From an uncultured Collinsella sp. (lineage in GTDB: Bacteria; Actinomycetota; Coriobacteriia; Coriobacteriales; Coriobacteriaceae), in assembly GCA_902492185.1 (NCBI GenBank), contig CABUKY010000001.1, positions 1-59,484 of the forward strand: 59,484 nucleotides of DNA, read 5' to 3'. Each line of letters begins with the position of its first letter. Positions within the stretch are counted from its first letter, which is position 1. The notes beneath the pieces were generated by a model. The model had not been told where the DNA came from, did no database searches, and worked only from the letters and a program-made list of their open reading frames with translations. Positions 1-9,477 of this stretch are shown one piece after another. The position numbers and the translations under genes are program-made.

Positions 1-152
1 TTCACTTCGGGCTTGCCGATGCTGCCAACCGTAAATTCGTTCTTCAGCGACTGCGTAGCCGACAGCCAGGCGTAGGTGCCAACGCCGGCGGCCAGTACCA
101 GCAGCAGCAAGGCGGCAATGATGCCGTAGCGCTTTTTCTTCTTGTTTTCCAT
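1..152 (-). CDS. SipW-dependent-type signal peptide protein (TasA/CalY-like fibre subunit candidate); 5' part only, runs off the window
   Basis: Hand translation from ATG at 152 gives MENKKKKRYGIIAALLLLVLAAGVGTYAWLSATQSLKNEFTVG. This has a basic N-terminus, hydrophobic core, GTYAW cleavage motif and N-x-F-T-V-G; RBS GAAAGGA upstream; directly downstream of sipW. Confidence 0.8.
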   Translation of the reverse strand, partial: MENKKKKRYGIIAALLLLVLAAGVGTYAWLSATQSLKNEFTVGSIGKPEV

Positions 153-222
153 CGTTCTCTTCCTTTCCAGAATCGTCTTCCCCGACGGCAACCCCAACTG
201 CCGCCGACACTTCTCCCTGCCG

Positions 223-780
223 TTATGAACGCCGCTCCCTCGCATGCGCGCGGGCATGTTTGCCCGCAGATTTGTCGGGAACCATTCGATCGAGCACAAT
301 CGACGCCGCGACCAGCAGCGCCAGAACGGCCACCACAACAAGCAAACCGGGCATCGTCGTGCAATATGCGTTAACGAAGCCCAGGTAAGGGACACAAAAA
401 GAAACGACGCCGATCACGCGTGAAAAAGGCGTCTGCTCGGCGTCGTGCATGATGGTTCCATCTGCATTTTTGTTTGCGATTCCCTGCGTGCTGATCGTCT
501 GCGCCACAGGGTCGACCTCGTACACCTGGTGAGTCACCACGGCGCCGTCCGATCGGTAAAAAGTTGCATTGTCGCCCATGGCAATATCCGTTGGATCAAC
601 CTGGTGGACAAACACCATGGAGCCGACGGGAAGCTCGGGTTCCATAGAGCCCGAAAGCACTGCATAGGGCGTGTATCCAAATGCGTGGGGGACAAAAGAA
701 ACGACGGCAAGAGCCATGACGAGCGCAATCGCCAAGCTACTAAGAAGCGCAATAAAATGTTTGAGTCCGCGAGTCGTCAA
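223..780 (-). CDS. sipW: Signal peptidase I, SipW (S26B/ER-type)
   Basis: VLSGSMEP catalytic Ser motif, VTH (Ser-His dyad), TQG.AN, N- and C-terminal TM helices. Confidence 0.85.
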   Translation of the reverse strand: MTTRGLKHFIALLSSLAIALVMALAVVSFVPHAFGYTPYAVLSGSMEPELPVGSMVFVHQVDPTDIAMGDNATFYRSDGAVVTHQVYEVDPVAQTISTQGIANKNADGTIMHDAEQTPFSRVIGVVSFCVPYLGFVNAYCTTMPGLLVVVAVLALLVAASIVLDRMVPDKSAGKHARAHARERRS

Positions 781-1333
781 AGTGTTTAATCCATCCCCAT
801 CAAGGCCATATTCAATCCATTCAAGGGCCCGCCACTTTCCTCAAACGCTACAGGGCCCTTGAAAATGGGATTCGGAAAAGCCAATCTGAAATCTATTTCT
901 AACAATCACCGTAGCTACTTCCGCGTTTTTATCAACGTCTTTCCGCCAAATGCTACTATTTTTGCCGTAAGTGGTTATTTGTCCCCGCACTTGTCTGCTT
1001 TATCCAACGCCTGCGGCTAACCCCTACACAACTTCTCAATAGAGGGTCTAATATTTTGTACGGCTCAGATATCGTACCCCCCCCCCCACATTAAATTTAT
1101 ACTGCATTTAGTATCGTTTATTTTCAACCCCCTTATTCATGCCTCTACGGCTACCCCGCGTAGCCCTCAGCCCATACCTTCTGGAAATCCCATCCATCCG
1201 GAAACCCCGTCCCACTCTGAATACATCCAGCGAACGCATGCGAGCGTGTTGTCCAGAACGGCCTCGTCATCGGGGTGATGGAAAATGTCACCCCAAACGC
1301 TTGCCACGGTTGCGCCCACAAGTGGCAAGAAAA

Positions 1334-1359
1334 AAGCCTCGAGAGCTTCGAGGCTTTCA
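1334..1359 (-). terminator. Probable intrinsic terminator after flavodoxin gene
   Basis: GAAAGCCTCGAAGCTCTCGAGGCTTTTTT on the minus strand. Confidence 0.6.
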
Positions 1360-1398
1360 CATTTGTATTGTTTTGCACGAAGGACCGCGAGCGGCGAG

Positions 1399-1956
1399 CT
1401 ACTCGCCCAGCACGGCTTTCTTGGCCGCTGCCGCCATATGGTCCAGATCATCCTTGGTGGGGTGATCCTTTGCGGCAACCCAGTTGTCGAGCAGCAACTT
1501 AGCGCGGGCGTTGTCGGGATCTTGTTCGAGCATGGCCTCGTAGCGCTGTTTGACCGCAGGACCCATCTTACCCTGGCACATTGCCCAGCCCACCAGCTCG
1601 GCATCATCGGCCAAATTGGAGGTCACGCGATTGATAATCTGCCTAAAGTACTCCTCGCTGGCCCCAAAGCCGCAGGTGCCAAACAGGAAGACGCGCTTGC
1701 CGTGCAAGGCTGAGAGCAACGTCGCGACCGAAGGCGTGCACGCGCCCTTGTCGCACCAAAAACCGACAAGCACCGTGTCGGCCGCGCAGGCGCCCTGCGC
1801 CTCGAGCGCAACCTGATCTGCATCCGCATCGTCGCTCAACGCCGCGGCATGGACAAACTCAACACCCGCAGCCTGCAGCGTGCGCTTGATCGCACCCGAA
1901 ACCATCCTGGTATTACCGCTCTTGCTGTTAACCACCAAAGAGCACGTCATAGTCAC
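1399..1956 (-). CDS. Flavodoxin-like protein (Flavodoxin_3 family, BilS-like)
   Basis: S-x-S-G-N-T FMN loop, VGFWCDKG, FLFGTCG, CQGKM, HP motifs. Confidence 0.75.
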   Translation of the reverse strand: MTMTCSLVVNSKSGNTRMVSGAIKRTLQAAGVEFVHAAALSDDADADQVALEAQGACAADTVLVGFWCDKGACTPSVATLLSALHGKRVFLFGTCGFGASEEYFRQIINRVTSNLADDAELVGWAMCQGKMGPAVKQRYEAMLEQDPDNARAKLLLDNWVAAKDHPTKDDLDHMAAAAKKAVLGE

Positions 1957-2152
1957 GTTGCCTCGTTTCCCCCAAAACTAAAGCCACTAATGCAATTTAT
2001 TAGATGAATATCTTAGTACTAACGTGACAGATGTAAACCACCGTCTGTCGATTGGCGACGCAGGCGACATCTTTGGACAAATGCCCGCAGCGCAAGCCCC
2101 ATACTTTTTAAAATTTGGGACAGTCAAGCGGCCCTGCCCCCGAATCAATGAC

Positions 2153-2230
2153 AATCGTCACCATAATATGCCATCAATCGTCACTATAATTCTCCGTTAA
2201 TCATCACCTCAAATTACCGTTAATCGTCAC
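2153..2230 (+). repeat. Four AATC(G/A)TCAC motifs at exact 23-bp period upstream of the AAA ATPase
   Basis: Cores start at 2153, 2176, 2199 and 2222. Confidence 0.85.
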
Positions 2231-2281
2231 CACGTTGCTGGTAGAATACATAATCAAAGTAATATTAAAGAAGGAGGCAGT

Positions 2282-3547
2282 ATGGATAGATATGTAGACA
2301 GATGCATCGATAAGGTAATCAGGCATAATCTCGATATCTTCGGTGCGGTTCTCATTCAAGGCCCAAAGTGGTGCGGAAAGACCACTACGGCAAAACGTTT
2401 TGCTAGATCATCCTTGTCTCTTTCCGATCCAACTGGTAATTTTGCCGCCCTCCAGCTGGCTCAGATCGATCCAGCACAGGCAATAGCAGGACCCTCTCCT
2501 AGGCTCATCGATGAATGGCAGGAAGAGCCAAAGCTGTGGGATGCCGTACGTTTCGAGTGTGACGCAAGACAGGGAGAATCCGGACAGTTTATTCTTACGG
2601 GCTCAGCAACGCCGCGAGATTCAAAGCAGCCGATGCATAGTGGCGTTGGACGAATAGCAAGGTTGCGAATGGATACCATGACGCTGTTCGAGCTTGGCGT
2701 TTCTTCTGGCTTAGTCACTATCGGAGCGCTGCTTTCAGGTCATCCTGCTAAGCAGGCAGTCGGATCGATTGCCGGCATCTCCGGTATCGCCGATTTGCTG
2801 TGTCGTGGCGGTTGGCCTCAAGCGATGGGGAAAACAACTCAAAATGCTATGCGAATTGCCGCTGCTTATGTTGATGGCGTATGCGAATCGGATGTTTCTA
2901 GAACTGACGGCGTTAAGCGTGATCCGGTCAAGGTCAGGTCTCTTTTGACATCGCTTGCGCGAAATGAGTCGACGCTTGCCGGATCGAAGTCCATCGACAA
3001 AGATATCGGTACCGGCGTTTCGAAGAATTCGGTCTCCAGATACATGGATGCTCTGAGACGAATCAATATCATCGATGATATCCCGGCTTGGCATCCGGCG
3101 CTCAGGTCGCCGGTAAAGCTGCGGCAAAGCGCAAAAAGGCACCTTGCCGACCCTTCGCTTGCCGTTGCGCTGCTCGGAGCAAATCCGGAATCATTGGCAT
3201 CTGACCCGAAGACGCTGGGACTGCTCTTCGAATCCCTCGTCCTGCACGACCTTAAGGTCTATGCAGCCGCAAACGACTCGTCGGTGTCCCACTACCACGA
3301 CGCCGACGATCTCGAAGTCGACGCCGTTATACACAGGCGCGATGGAACTTGGATTGCCGTGGAAGTAAAACTCGGAAGTCCGCAGATCCCCGAGGCATCT
3401 GCAAACCTGCTTCGACTCGAGCGCAAACTTGTCGAGCGTGGCGAGAGACCGCCCGCGGCCAAACTCATCGTCATCGGGTTCGGCATGCCGGCCCACACAA
3501 CGCCCGAGGGCATTATCGTTGCCCCCGTTGACGCACTCGCGCCCTAG
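2282..3547 (+). CDS. AAA+ ATPase (AAA_14) with C-terminal DUF4143 nuclease-like domain
   Basis: Walker A GPKWCGKTT, Walker B LIDEWQ, FILTGSA, EVDAV...VEVKL PD-(D/E)xK-like motif; RBS AAGGAGG; lower GC than neighbours. Confidence 0.85.
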   Translation: MDRYVDRCIDKVIRHNLDIFGAVLIQGPKWCGKTTTAKRFARSSLSLSDPTGNFAALQLAQIDPAQAIAGPSPRLIDEWQEEPKLWDAVRFECDARQGESGQFILTGSATPRDSKQPMHSGVGRIARLRMDTMTLFELGVSSGLVTIGALLSGHPAKQAVGSIAGISGIADLLCRGGWPQAMGKTTQNAMRIAAAYVDGVCESDVSRTDGVKRDPVKVRSLLTSLARNESTLAGSKSIDKDIGTGVSKNSVSRYMDALRRINIIDDIPAWHPALRSPVKLRQSAKRHLADPSLAVALLGANPESLASDPKTLGLLFESLVLHDLKVYAAANDSSVSHYHDADDLEVDAVIHRRDGTWIAVEVKLGSPQIPEASANLLRLERKLVERGERPPAAKLIVIGFGMPAHTTPEGIIVAPVDALAP

Positions 3548-3575
3548 CGCTGCATTACATGCCCCACGGGCTTGC

Positions 3576-5435
3576 TCACTGGGCGAATTGGCTGCGGTAG
3601 AGCTCGGCATAGAAGCCATCTGCCGCCAGCAGCTCGTCGTGCGTGCCGCGCTCGATAATCTGCCCGTCGCGCATCACCAGAATGCAGTCGGCGTTGCGGA
3701 TGGTGCTCAGGCGGTGCGCCACGACAAAGCTTGTGCGACCGGCCATGAGCTCGTCGAATGCCGCCTGCACCTGCAGCTCGGTGCGGGTATCGATACTCGA
3801 GGTCGCCTCGTCCAGCAGCAAGATAGCCGGATCGGTGAGCATGACGCGCGCGATGCACAGCAGTTGTTTTTGTCCCTGACTAAACGTGCCGCCGTCCTCG
3901 CCGATCACCGTATCGTAGCCGCCTGGCAGCTGCACGATAAACTTGTGCGCGTGCGCGCGCTTGGCAGCCTCGATAACCTGCTCGCGCGTGGCATCTGGGC
4001 AACCGTAAGCGATGTTTTCCGCCACCGTGCCCTCGAACAGCCAAGTGTCCTGCAGCACCATGCCAAAGGCGCGGCGCAGGCTTGCACGCGTGTAATCACG
4101 CGAAGACCGGCCATCGACCATGATGCGTCCGGCATCGATATCGTAAAACCGCAGCAGCAAGTTGATGAGCGTCGTCTTGCCGCAGCCCGTGGGGCCGACC
4201 AGGGCAAAGCGCATGCCGGGTTTGGCCTCAATACAGATATCCTGCAGCAGCTTGCAGTCGGGCACGTAGCTAAAGTCCACGTGTTCAAAAGTCACCTCGC
4301 CCTGCGGGACGGCAAGTTCCACGGCATCCTCCGCGTCGGGCTCCTGCTCGCGCGCATCGAGCAGCGCAAACATGCGGCGCGCCGAGGCGTACGCGGTCTG
4401 GATCTGCGTAATGACGTTGGTGACCTCGTTAAACGGCTTGGTGTACTGGTTGGCGTAGGACAGGAAGATCTGCACGCCGCCCACCGTAAGCGCCGCGGGC
4501 ACGCCCGTGATCACGCCCACGCAGCCGATCACGGCGACCACGGCATAGATGATGTTATTGATAAAACGCGTACCGGGGTTGGAGAGCGAACCCATAAACT
4601 GCGCGCGCTCGCCCGCGGTGTAGAGCTCGGCATTGAGGGCATCGAAGCGCTGCTGGGCGTTGGGACCATAGGCAAAGGCGTCGACAAGCTTTTGCTCGCC
4701 TACGTACTCCTCGATATGACCACCGAGCTGCCCTTGAATACGCTGCTGTGCCGTAAAGCTCTTGTTGGAGAGCTTGGCGATGGCGCCGGCTGCAAAAATG
4801 GAAAGCGGCGTGACGAGCACCACCACGAGCGTCATGGTCAGGTTGATGGAAAGCATAAACGCGAGCGTGCCCACGATGGTGATGACGCCGGTGAAAAGCT
4901 GGGTAAAGCCCTGCAGCAGACCGTCGCCCACCTGATCGACGTCGTTGACCACACGGCTCATGAGGTCGCCGTGGGCATGGCCGTCGATAAAGCTGAGCGG
5001 CATGCGGCTGAGCTTGTCGCTCGCCTCCACGCGCATGTCGCGCACCGTCTCGTAGGACAAGCGGTTGACGCAATAGCCCTGCAGCCACTGGAAGGCCGCG
5101 GCGCCCACCACAACGAGCGCGAGTTTGGTAACGAGTGGCAGCAGCGCATCGAAGTCCACCTGCCCGGCGGCGACGATAAGATCGATGCCCTCACCAATGA
5201 GAATGGGCGTGTAGAGCTGCAAGATCACCGAGATGGCGGCGCTCACAAACGACGCAACAAACGAAATGCGATGCGGACGGACGTAGCCCAGCAGGCGGCG
5301 AGTTACCGCGCCCACGGGGTAGCGCTCGGGGTCGCCGGGCTGACGCGGGCCGTCACCCAAGTCGTTGAGGTTATCGTTGCCGGACACGTTGGCCGTCATC
5401 GTGGCGACCGAACCGGAAGAAGTATACGGATTCAT
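3576..5435 (-). CDS. ABC exporter, TMD+NBD (consensus subunit of a heterodimer)
   Basis: GPTGCGKT, FSQGQ, ILLLDEATS, AHRLST. Confidence 0.9.
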   Translation of the reverse strand: MNPYTSSGSVATMTANVSGNDNLNDLGDGPRQPGDPERYPVGAVTRRLLGYVRPHRISFVASFVSAAISVILQLYTPILIGEGIDLIVAAGQVDFDALLPLVTKLALVVVGAAAFQWLQGYCVNRLSYETVRDMRVEASDKLSRMPLSFIDGHAHGDLMSRVVNDVDQVGDGLLQGFTQLFTGVITIVGTLAFMLSINLTMTLVVVLVTPLSIFAAGAIAKLSNKSFTAQQRIQGQLGGHIEEYVGEQKLVDAFAYGPNAQQRFDALNAELYTAGERAQFMGSLSNPGTRFINNIIYAVVAVIGCVGVITGVPAALTVGGVQIFLSYANQYTKPFNEVTNVITQIQTAYASARRMFALLDAREQEPDAEDAVELAVPQGEVTFEHVDFSYVPDCKLLQDICIEAKPGMRFALVGPTGCGKTTLINLLLRFYDIDAGRIMVDGRSSRDYTRASLRRAFGMVLQDTWLFEGTVAENIAYGCPDATREQVIEAAKRAHAHKFIVQLPGGYDTVIGEDGGTFSQGQKQLLCIARVMLTDPAILLLDEATSSIDTRTELQVQAAFDELMAGRTSFVVAHRLSTIRNADCILVMRDGQIIERGTHDELLAADGFYAELYRSQFAQ

Positions 5436-7298
5436 TTAGCAGCCCTCCTTTGCGCAAGTGGGTGCGGAGGCAGCCGGGGCGGACGCGGGACTTGGGGCGG
5501 ACGCGGGCGCTGCACTCCCCTGCTGACCCTCGAGCTCCTCGCGACGAAGCTGCGACTGGCAAATCTCGCGATAGAGCTGACAGGTCGTGTACAGCTCATC
5601 GTGCGTGCCCAGGCCCGCGACAGAGCCGTGGTCGAACACGCAGATCATGTCGGCATCGCGCACGGTCGAGACGCGCTGGCTCACGATTACCGTGGTCAGT
5701 GGGAGCCAGCGCGCGGCGGCACCGCGTACGCTGCGCTCGCGGATGGCATGGCGAAGCGCCGCGTCGGTCTTGAAGTCGAGTGCCGAGGCGGAATCGTCCA
5801 TGATCAATATCTGAGGCGAACCTACCAAGGCGCGCGCGATAGTCAGACGCTGACGTTGGCCACCGCTAAAGTTCTTGCCGCCCGCCTCGACCGGAGCATC
5901 TAAGCCCTGGGGCTTGTCGCGCACGAACTCGCTGGCCTGCGCCATATCGAGCGCCGCCCAGAGCTCCTCGTCGGTCGCCGTCTCGTCACGCCAGGTCAGG
6001 TTGCTGCGGATGGTGCCGCTCACCAGCGACGCGCGCTGCGGAACAGTCGCGACCACACGGCGCAACTGGTCGAGCGGCCAGGTGCGCACGTCGGCGCCCA
6101 TCACGCTCACGCTGCCGGCGCTCGCATCGTACAGGCGCGGGATAAGCGAGACGAGCGTGGACTTGCCGCTGCCCGTGCCGCCGATAATGCCGAGCGTTTT
6201 GCCCAGCGGCAGCTCCAGGGTCACATCGCTCACGGCATTTGCCGCGCCGGCGCCAAACGAGAAGCTCGCATGGCTCAAGCTCAGCGCAGGGACCGGAGCG
6301 ACATTGCCCGGCTCGGGCAGTGCGACCGGCTCGTTGTCCTCGTCGGTGATGCTCGGCTCGCAGTTGAGTACCTCGTTGATACGCGACGCGCTCGCGCTCG
6401 CCTTGGTAAAGACAACGACCAGGTTGGCCACGTACACGATGGAGGTCAGGGTCTGCGTCATGTAGTTCACAAACGCCATGACCTGGCCCTGCGTAAGCTC
6501 ACCCACGTTGACCTGGATGCCGCCCACCCACAGGATGGCGCACACGCCCAGATTCATCACCAAAAACGTGACGGGGTTAAGGACCGACGAGAGCTTACCC
6601 ACCGCGATGGCGACATGCGCCTGGTCGTCGGCCGCACGAGCAAAACGCTCGCGCTCGTGGTCTTCGCGCACAAACGCGCGGACCACGCGGGCACCCGAAA
6701 GCCCCTCGCGGCAGACAAGCGCGATGCGGTCGAGCTTTGCCTGCAGCTGCTTGTAGTACGGAATGCAGCGCGCCATGACAAACCAAAACACCAAGCCGAT
6801 GGCGGGTGTGCAAATCAAAAAGATGATGCCGAGCTTAAGGTCGATGGCAAGGGCCGCGCACATGGAGCCCACCGCCAGGAAGGGCCAGCGGATAAGCATG
6901 CGCACGCCCAGCGCCACAGCGAGCTGCACCTGGTTGACATCGTTGGTAATGCGCGTGATGAGCGACGGCGTGCCAAAGCGATCGAGTTCGACATAGCTCA
7001 GTTCGTTGATGTGCCGGTAGAGTGCACCGCGAATGTCGGTACCCATGCCCTGCGAAGTCAGCGCCGCCATCTTTTGGCAGACGAGCGTAAACGAGATGCC
7101 GATCACAGCCATGGCGCCAAGTACCATGCCGTAGTGGATAACGGCGTTCACGTCGTGCGCGCCGATGCCCTTATCGATCATCTGGGCAATCACCAGCGGC
7201 GTCAGCAGGTCAAAGATCACTTCGATCAACTTACACGCAGGGCCAACCACCATATACCGGCGAAACTTACCACCAAAACGCCTGAGCAGCTCAATCAT
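5436..7298 (-). CDS. ABC exporter, TMD+NBD (degenerate subunit of a heterodimer)
   Basis: GGTGSGKS, FSGGQ, degenerate Walker B IMDDS, SQR switch; start uncertain (7298 or 7331). Confidence 0.9.
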   Translation of the reverse strand: MIELLRRFGGKFRRYMVVGPACKLIEVIFDLLTPLVIAQMIDKGIGAHDVNAVIHYGMVLGAMAVIGISFTLVCQKMAALTSQGMGTDIRGALYRHINELSYVELDRFGTPSLITRITNDVNQVQLAVALGVRMLIRWPFLAVGSMCAALAIDLKLGIIFLICTPAIGLVFWFVMARCIPYYKQLQAKLDRIALVCREGLSGARVVRAFVREDHERERFARAADDQAHVAIAVGKLSSVLNPVTFLVMNLGVCAILWVGGIQVNVGELTQGQVMAFVNYMTQTLTSIVYVANLVVVFTKASASASRINEVLNCEPSITDEDNEPVALPEPGNVAPVPALSLSHASFSFGAGAANAVSDVTLELPLGKTLGIIGGTGSGKSTLVSLIPRLYDASAGSVSVMGADVRTWPLDQLRRVVATVPQRASLVSGTIRSNLTWRDETATDEELWAALDMAQASEFVRDKPQGLDAPVEAGGKNFSGGQRQRLTIARALVGSPQILIMDDSASALDFKTDAALRHAIRERSVRGAAARWLPLTTVIVSQRVSTVRDADMICVFDHGSVAGLGTHDELYTTCQLYREICQSQLRREELEGQQGSAAPASAPSPASAPAASAPTCAKEGC

Positions 7299-7509
7299 GT
7301 ATAGGCGCTCCCTATCATCATTCACACTCAATTCGAATCATGATAGTACGGTGAACCCAAAAGAAGCGTAAACAACTCTTCATTTCTAATGGGATTCGGT
7401 TTCCAAAGAAGCGGAGAGGCGCGCACCCAGCCAGTATCGGGTCGACCACTTGGTATACTTACCTTAGTGCTACCAAGTTAGTCGCCGACCCTTGAAATGA
7501 GGTGCCGAG

Positions 7510-8577
7510 ATGAACGACATTCTCGCAAGAAGAGCAAGACGAGCAACTGTGGGCATCGCCCTTTCCGCGGCACTTGTCGCGGGAATCGCCCCCGCAACGG
7601 CGATCGCGGCAGAAACCAGTTCCCCCACCGGTGCGGCCGTTTCGCAGACGAGCGCCACCAACGGCAATTCGGGCGCCCCGCAGACAGAAGACGCGGCCGC
7701 CGCAAAAGAAAAAGCGTATGCAGCCATGCAGGAAGCGCTCAAAAACCTCGAGGCCGCAAAAAACGCCGCAAGTCCCGAGAAAATTGCGAGATTCAATGAT
7801 GACATTACCCGTTTTCAAGAGTACCGCGAAAAGATGGCGGCGCAAGCCGCCGAAGGGAGGGAACTCCTTCCCACCATGCAAGCGGACGTCGATGCTGCCC
7901 AAGCCAAATACGACGGGGCCATCAACCGGGTAAGCGAGCTCCAGGCAGAATTAGAGAAGAAACATGAGATGCTTAAGACACTCGAAGCACTCGGCTACGA
8001 GGAGTTTGTCGAAACTACTAAACAGCAAATAAAGCAGTTGCACAGTGAGATCATATCGGCAAAAACGCACGTAAACTATTGCGAAACGGAGCTCCGCGAG
8101 TTCCAGTACCGCCTCAGAAGAGAGGAAAGACGAGTTAATGACTGTGAACGTGCTGTAGAGAAATATAAAGCCGATATCGACCGGTTCACAGCCTGGCGAG
8201 ATGCGCTCCTCGACAATTTGAAAAAAGCGCAAACGGCCTATGACGACGCCTGCAAGGCATACGAAGAGGCGAAAGCCGCGGCAGACAAGGCCACCTCGCC
8301 CGAGATAACGAAACCGACCGAGACGACGCCCCCCTCCGGCTCAACGCAACCCGCCGAGGCGACACCGCCCGTTGCCTCACCTGCAACCGGCAAAGACGCC
8401 CTACCAAGCTCCACCAAGCAGGCGAACTCGAGCAGCGGCAAGCAAGCAAATACGACTGCCGGCAAGCTCGCGAACACGGGCGATGCAGCGCCGAGCGCAA
8501 TCGCACTCGCAGCAGTCGCCGCCGCAGGCCTCGGAATAACCGCCACAGCCACACGCCGCATCAGGAACTCAAAATAG
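7510..8577 (+). CDS. Secreted coiled-coil surface protein with sortase-type anchor (LANTG)
   Basis: Signal peptide ending ATAIA; helical coiled-coil; Pro/Thr/Ser linker; LANTGD followed by a hydrophobic stretch and RRIR tail. Confidence 0.8.
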   Translation: MNDILARRARRATVGIALSAALVAGIAPATAIAAETSSPTGAAVSQTSATNGNSGAPQTEDAAAAKEKAYAAMQEALKNLEAAKNAASPEKIARFNDDITRFQEYREKMAAQAAEGRELLPTMQADVDAAQAKYDGAINRVSELQAELEKKHEMLKTLEALGYEEFVETTKQQIKQLHSEIISAKTHVNYCETELREFQYRLRREERRVNDCERAVEKYKADIDRFTAWRDALLDNLKKAQTAYDDACKAYEEAKAAADKATSPEITKPTETTPPSGSTQPAEATPPVASPATGKDALPSSTKQANSSSGKQANTTAGKLANTGDAAPSAIALAAVAAAGLGITATATRRIRNSK

Positions 8578-8623
8578 CTGCCAGCGGTTATTGTCTCCGC
8601 CAATTCACAAGCCCAGAGACAAA

Positions 8624-8662
8624 AAGAGGTCCGTTTCCCCACCTAAGGAAACGGGCCTCTTT
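8624..8662 (+). terminator. Intrinsic terminator
   Basis: AAGAGGTCCGTTTCC...GGAAACGGGCCTCTT hairpin. Confidence 0.65.
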
Positions 8663-8804
8663 AACTGCAAAAATTCAAGCAACAGCACCGCCGCCTCTTG
8701 AACCACGTAGCCATCAATGCCCAGACAACGCCAGCAAGCCGCATTCCGCAAGGGATAGATTAAATTAGATAAACGCGCCTTTACGGGTGATTTTTGGACG
8801 ACGG

Positions 8805-8899
8805 GGCCCGGCCGGCGGCGAGGTGTTTGGTAGTCGAGCGATCCCGCAGGCGAAGCCGAGGACCAGCGAGACACCAAATACCTCGCCGCCGGCCGGGCC
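8805..8899. repeat. Long intergenic inverted repeat (27-bp arms)
   Basis: GGCCCGGCCGGCGGCGAGGTGTTTGGT ... ACCAAATACCTCGCCGCCGGCCGGGCC, one mismatch. Confidence 0.85.
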
Positions 8900-9477
8900 A
8901 TGTCGCGGCACCAAAAAACGCCCGTGCGCTCGATGGATTCGGATGCCCGACAGAGGCTCTTTATGGCTGCTTCCTTCCGGACCTGACCAGATTCGGAACA
9001 TGTCGTCATCCGAACCCATCGAACGCGCTAGGCGCTCGGTATATCTTACCCGCTCCCGCCCACCAGAGCAAGGTAGCTAATTTGGGACGGGGCTTTTTTG
9101 ACTACTTTTGCAGCCCGATTGCCAGAGCAGCCAATGAGTAGTCAAAATAGTCCCATCCCAAAATGACCGGCTTGGTGCCGCACCGCAGAAAGGGCCCATC
9201 TACTACTTTTAGGCCACAGGGGTCGACCATAGCCGACTTTTTCGAAAATCGGCAAGCTTTCTACCTGCGGTTTTGTTTTTGTAAATTCCGGGATGGTCGA
9301 GAGTGGCCGGTTTAACGTAGTAGATGGCCACGTTTCGTGGCAGGCGGTCCGACCCAAGGCACAAGGCAGCCAACCTCGAATGGACATTCTCGAAGTTGCG
9401 GTGGAATACGGACTGAATTGGCACCTTAAAGGCAAAAACACTCCGTATTTCACCGCAACTTATCGAGGGGATGGGTT

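Noticed and set aside
2153..2230. Possible mini-CRISPR array
   Set aside because: 9-bp cores and 14-bp spacers are far too short, and there are no cas genes
3429..5903. Long + strand ORFs (also 35094-38228, 46084-47976, 52276-54963, and the 5' part of 26505-29462)
   Set aside because: Antisense shadows of well-supported minus-strand genes, typical of high-GC codon bias
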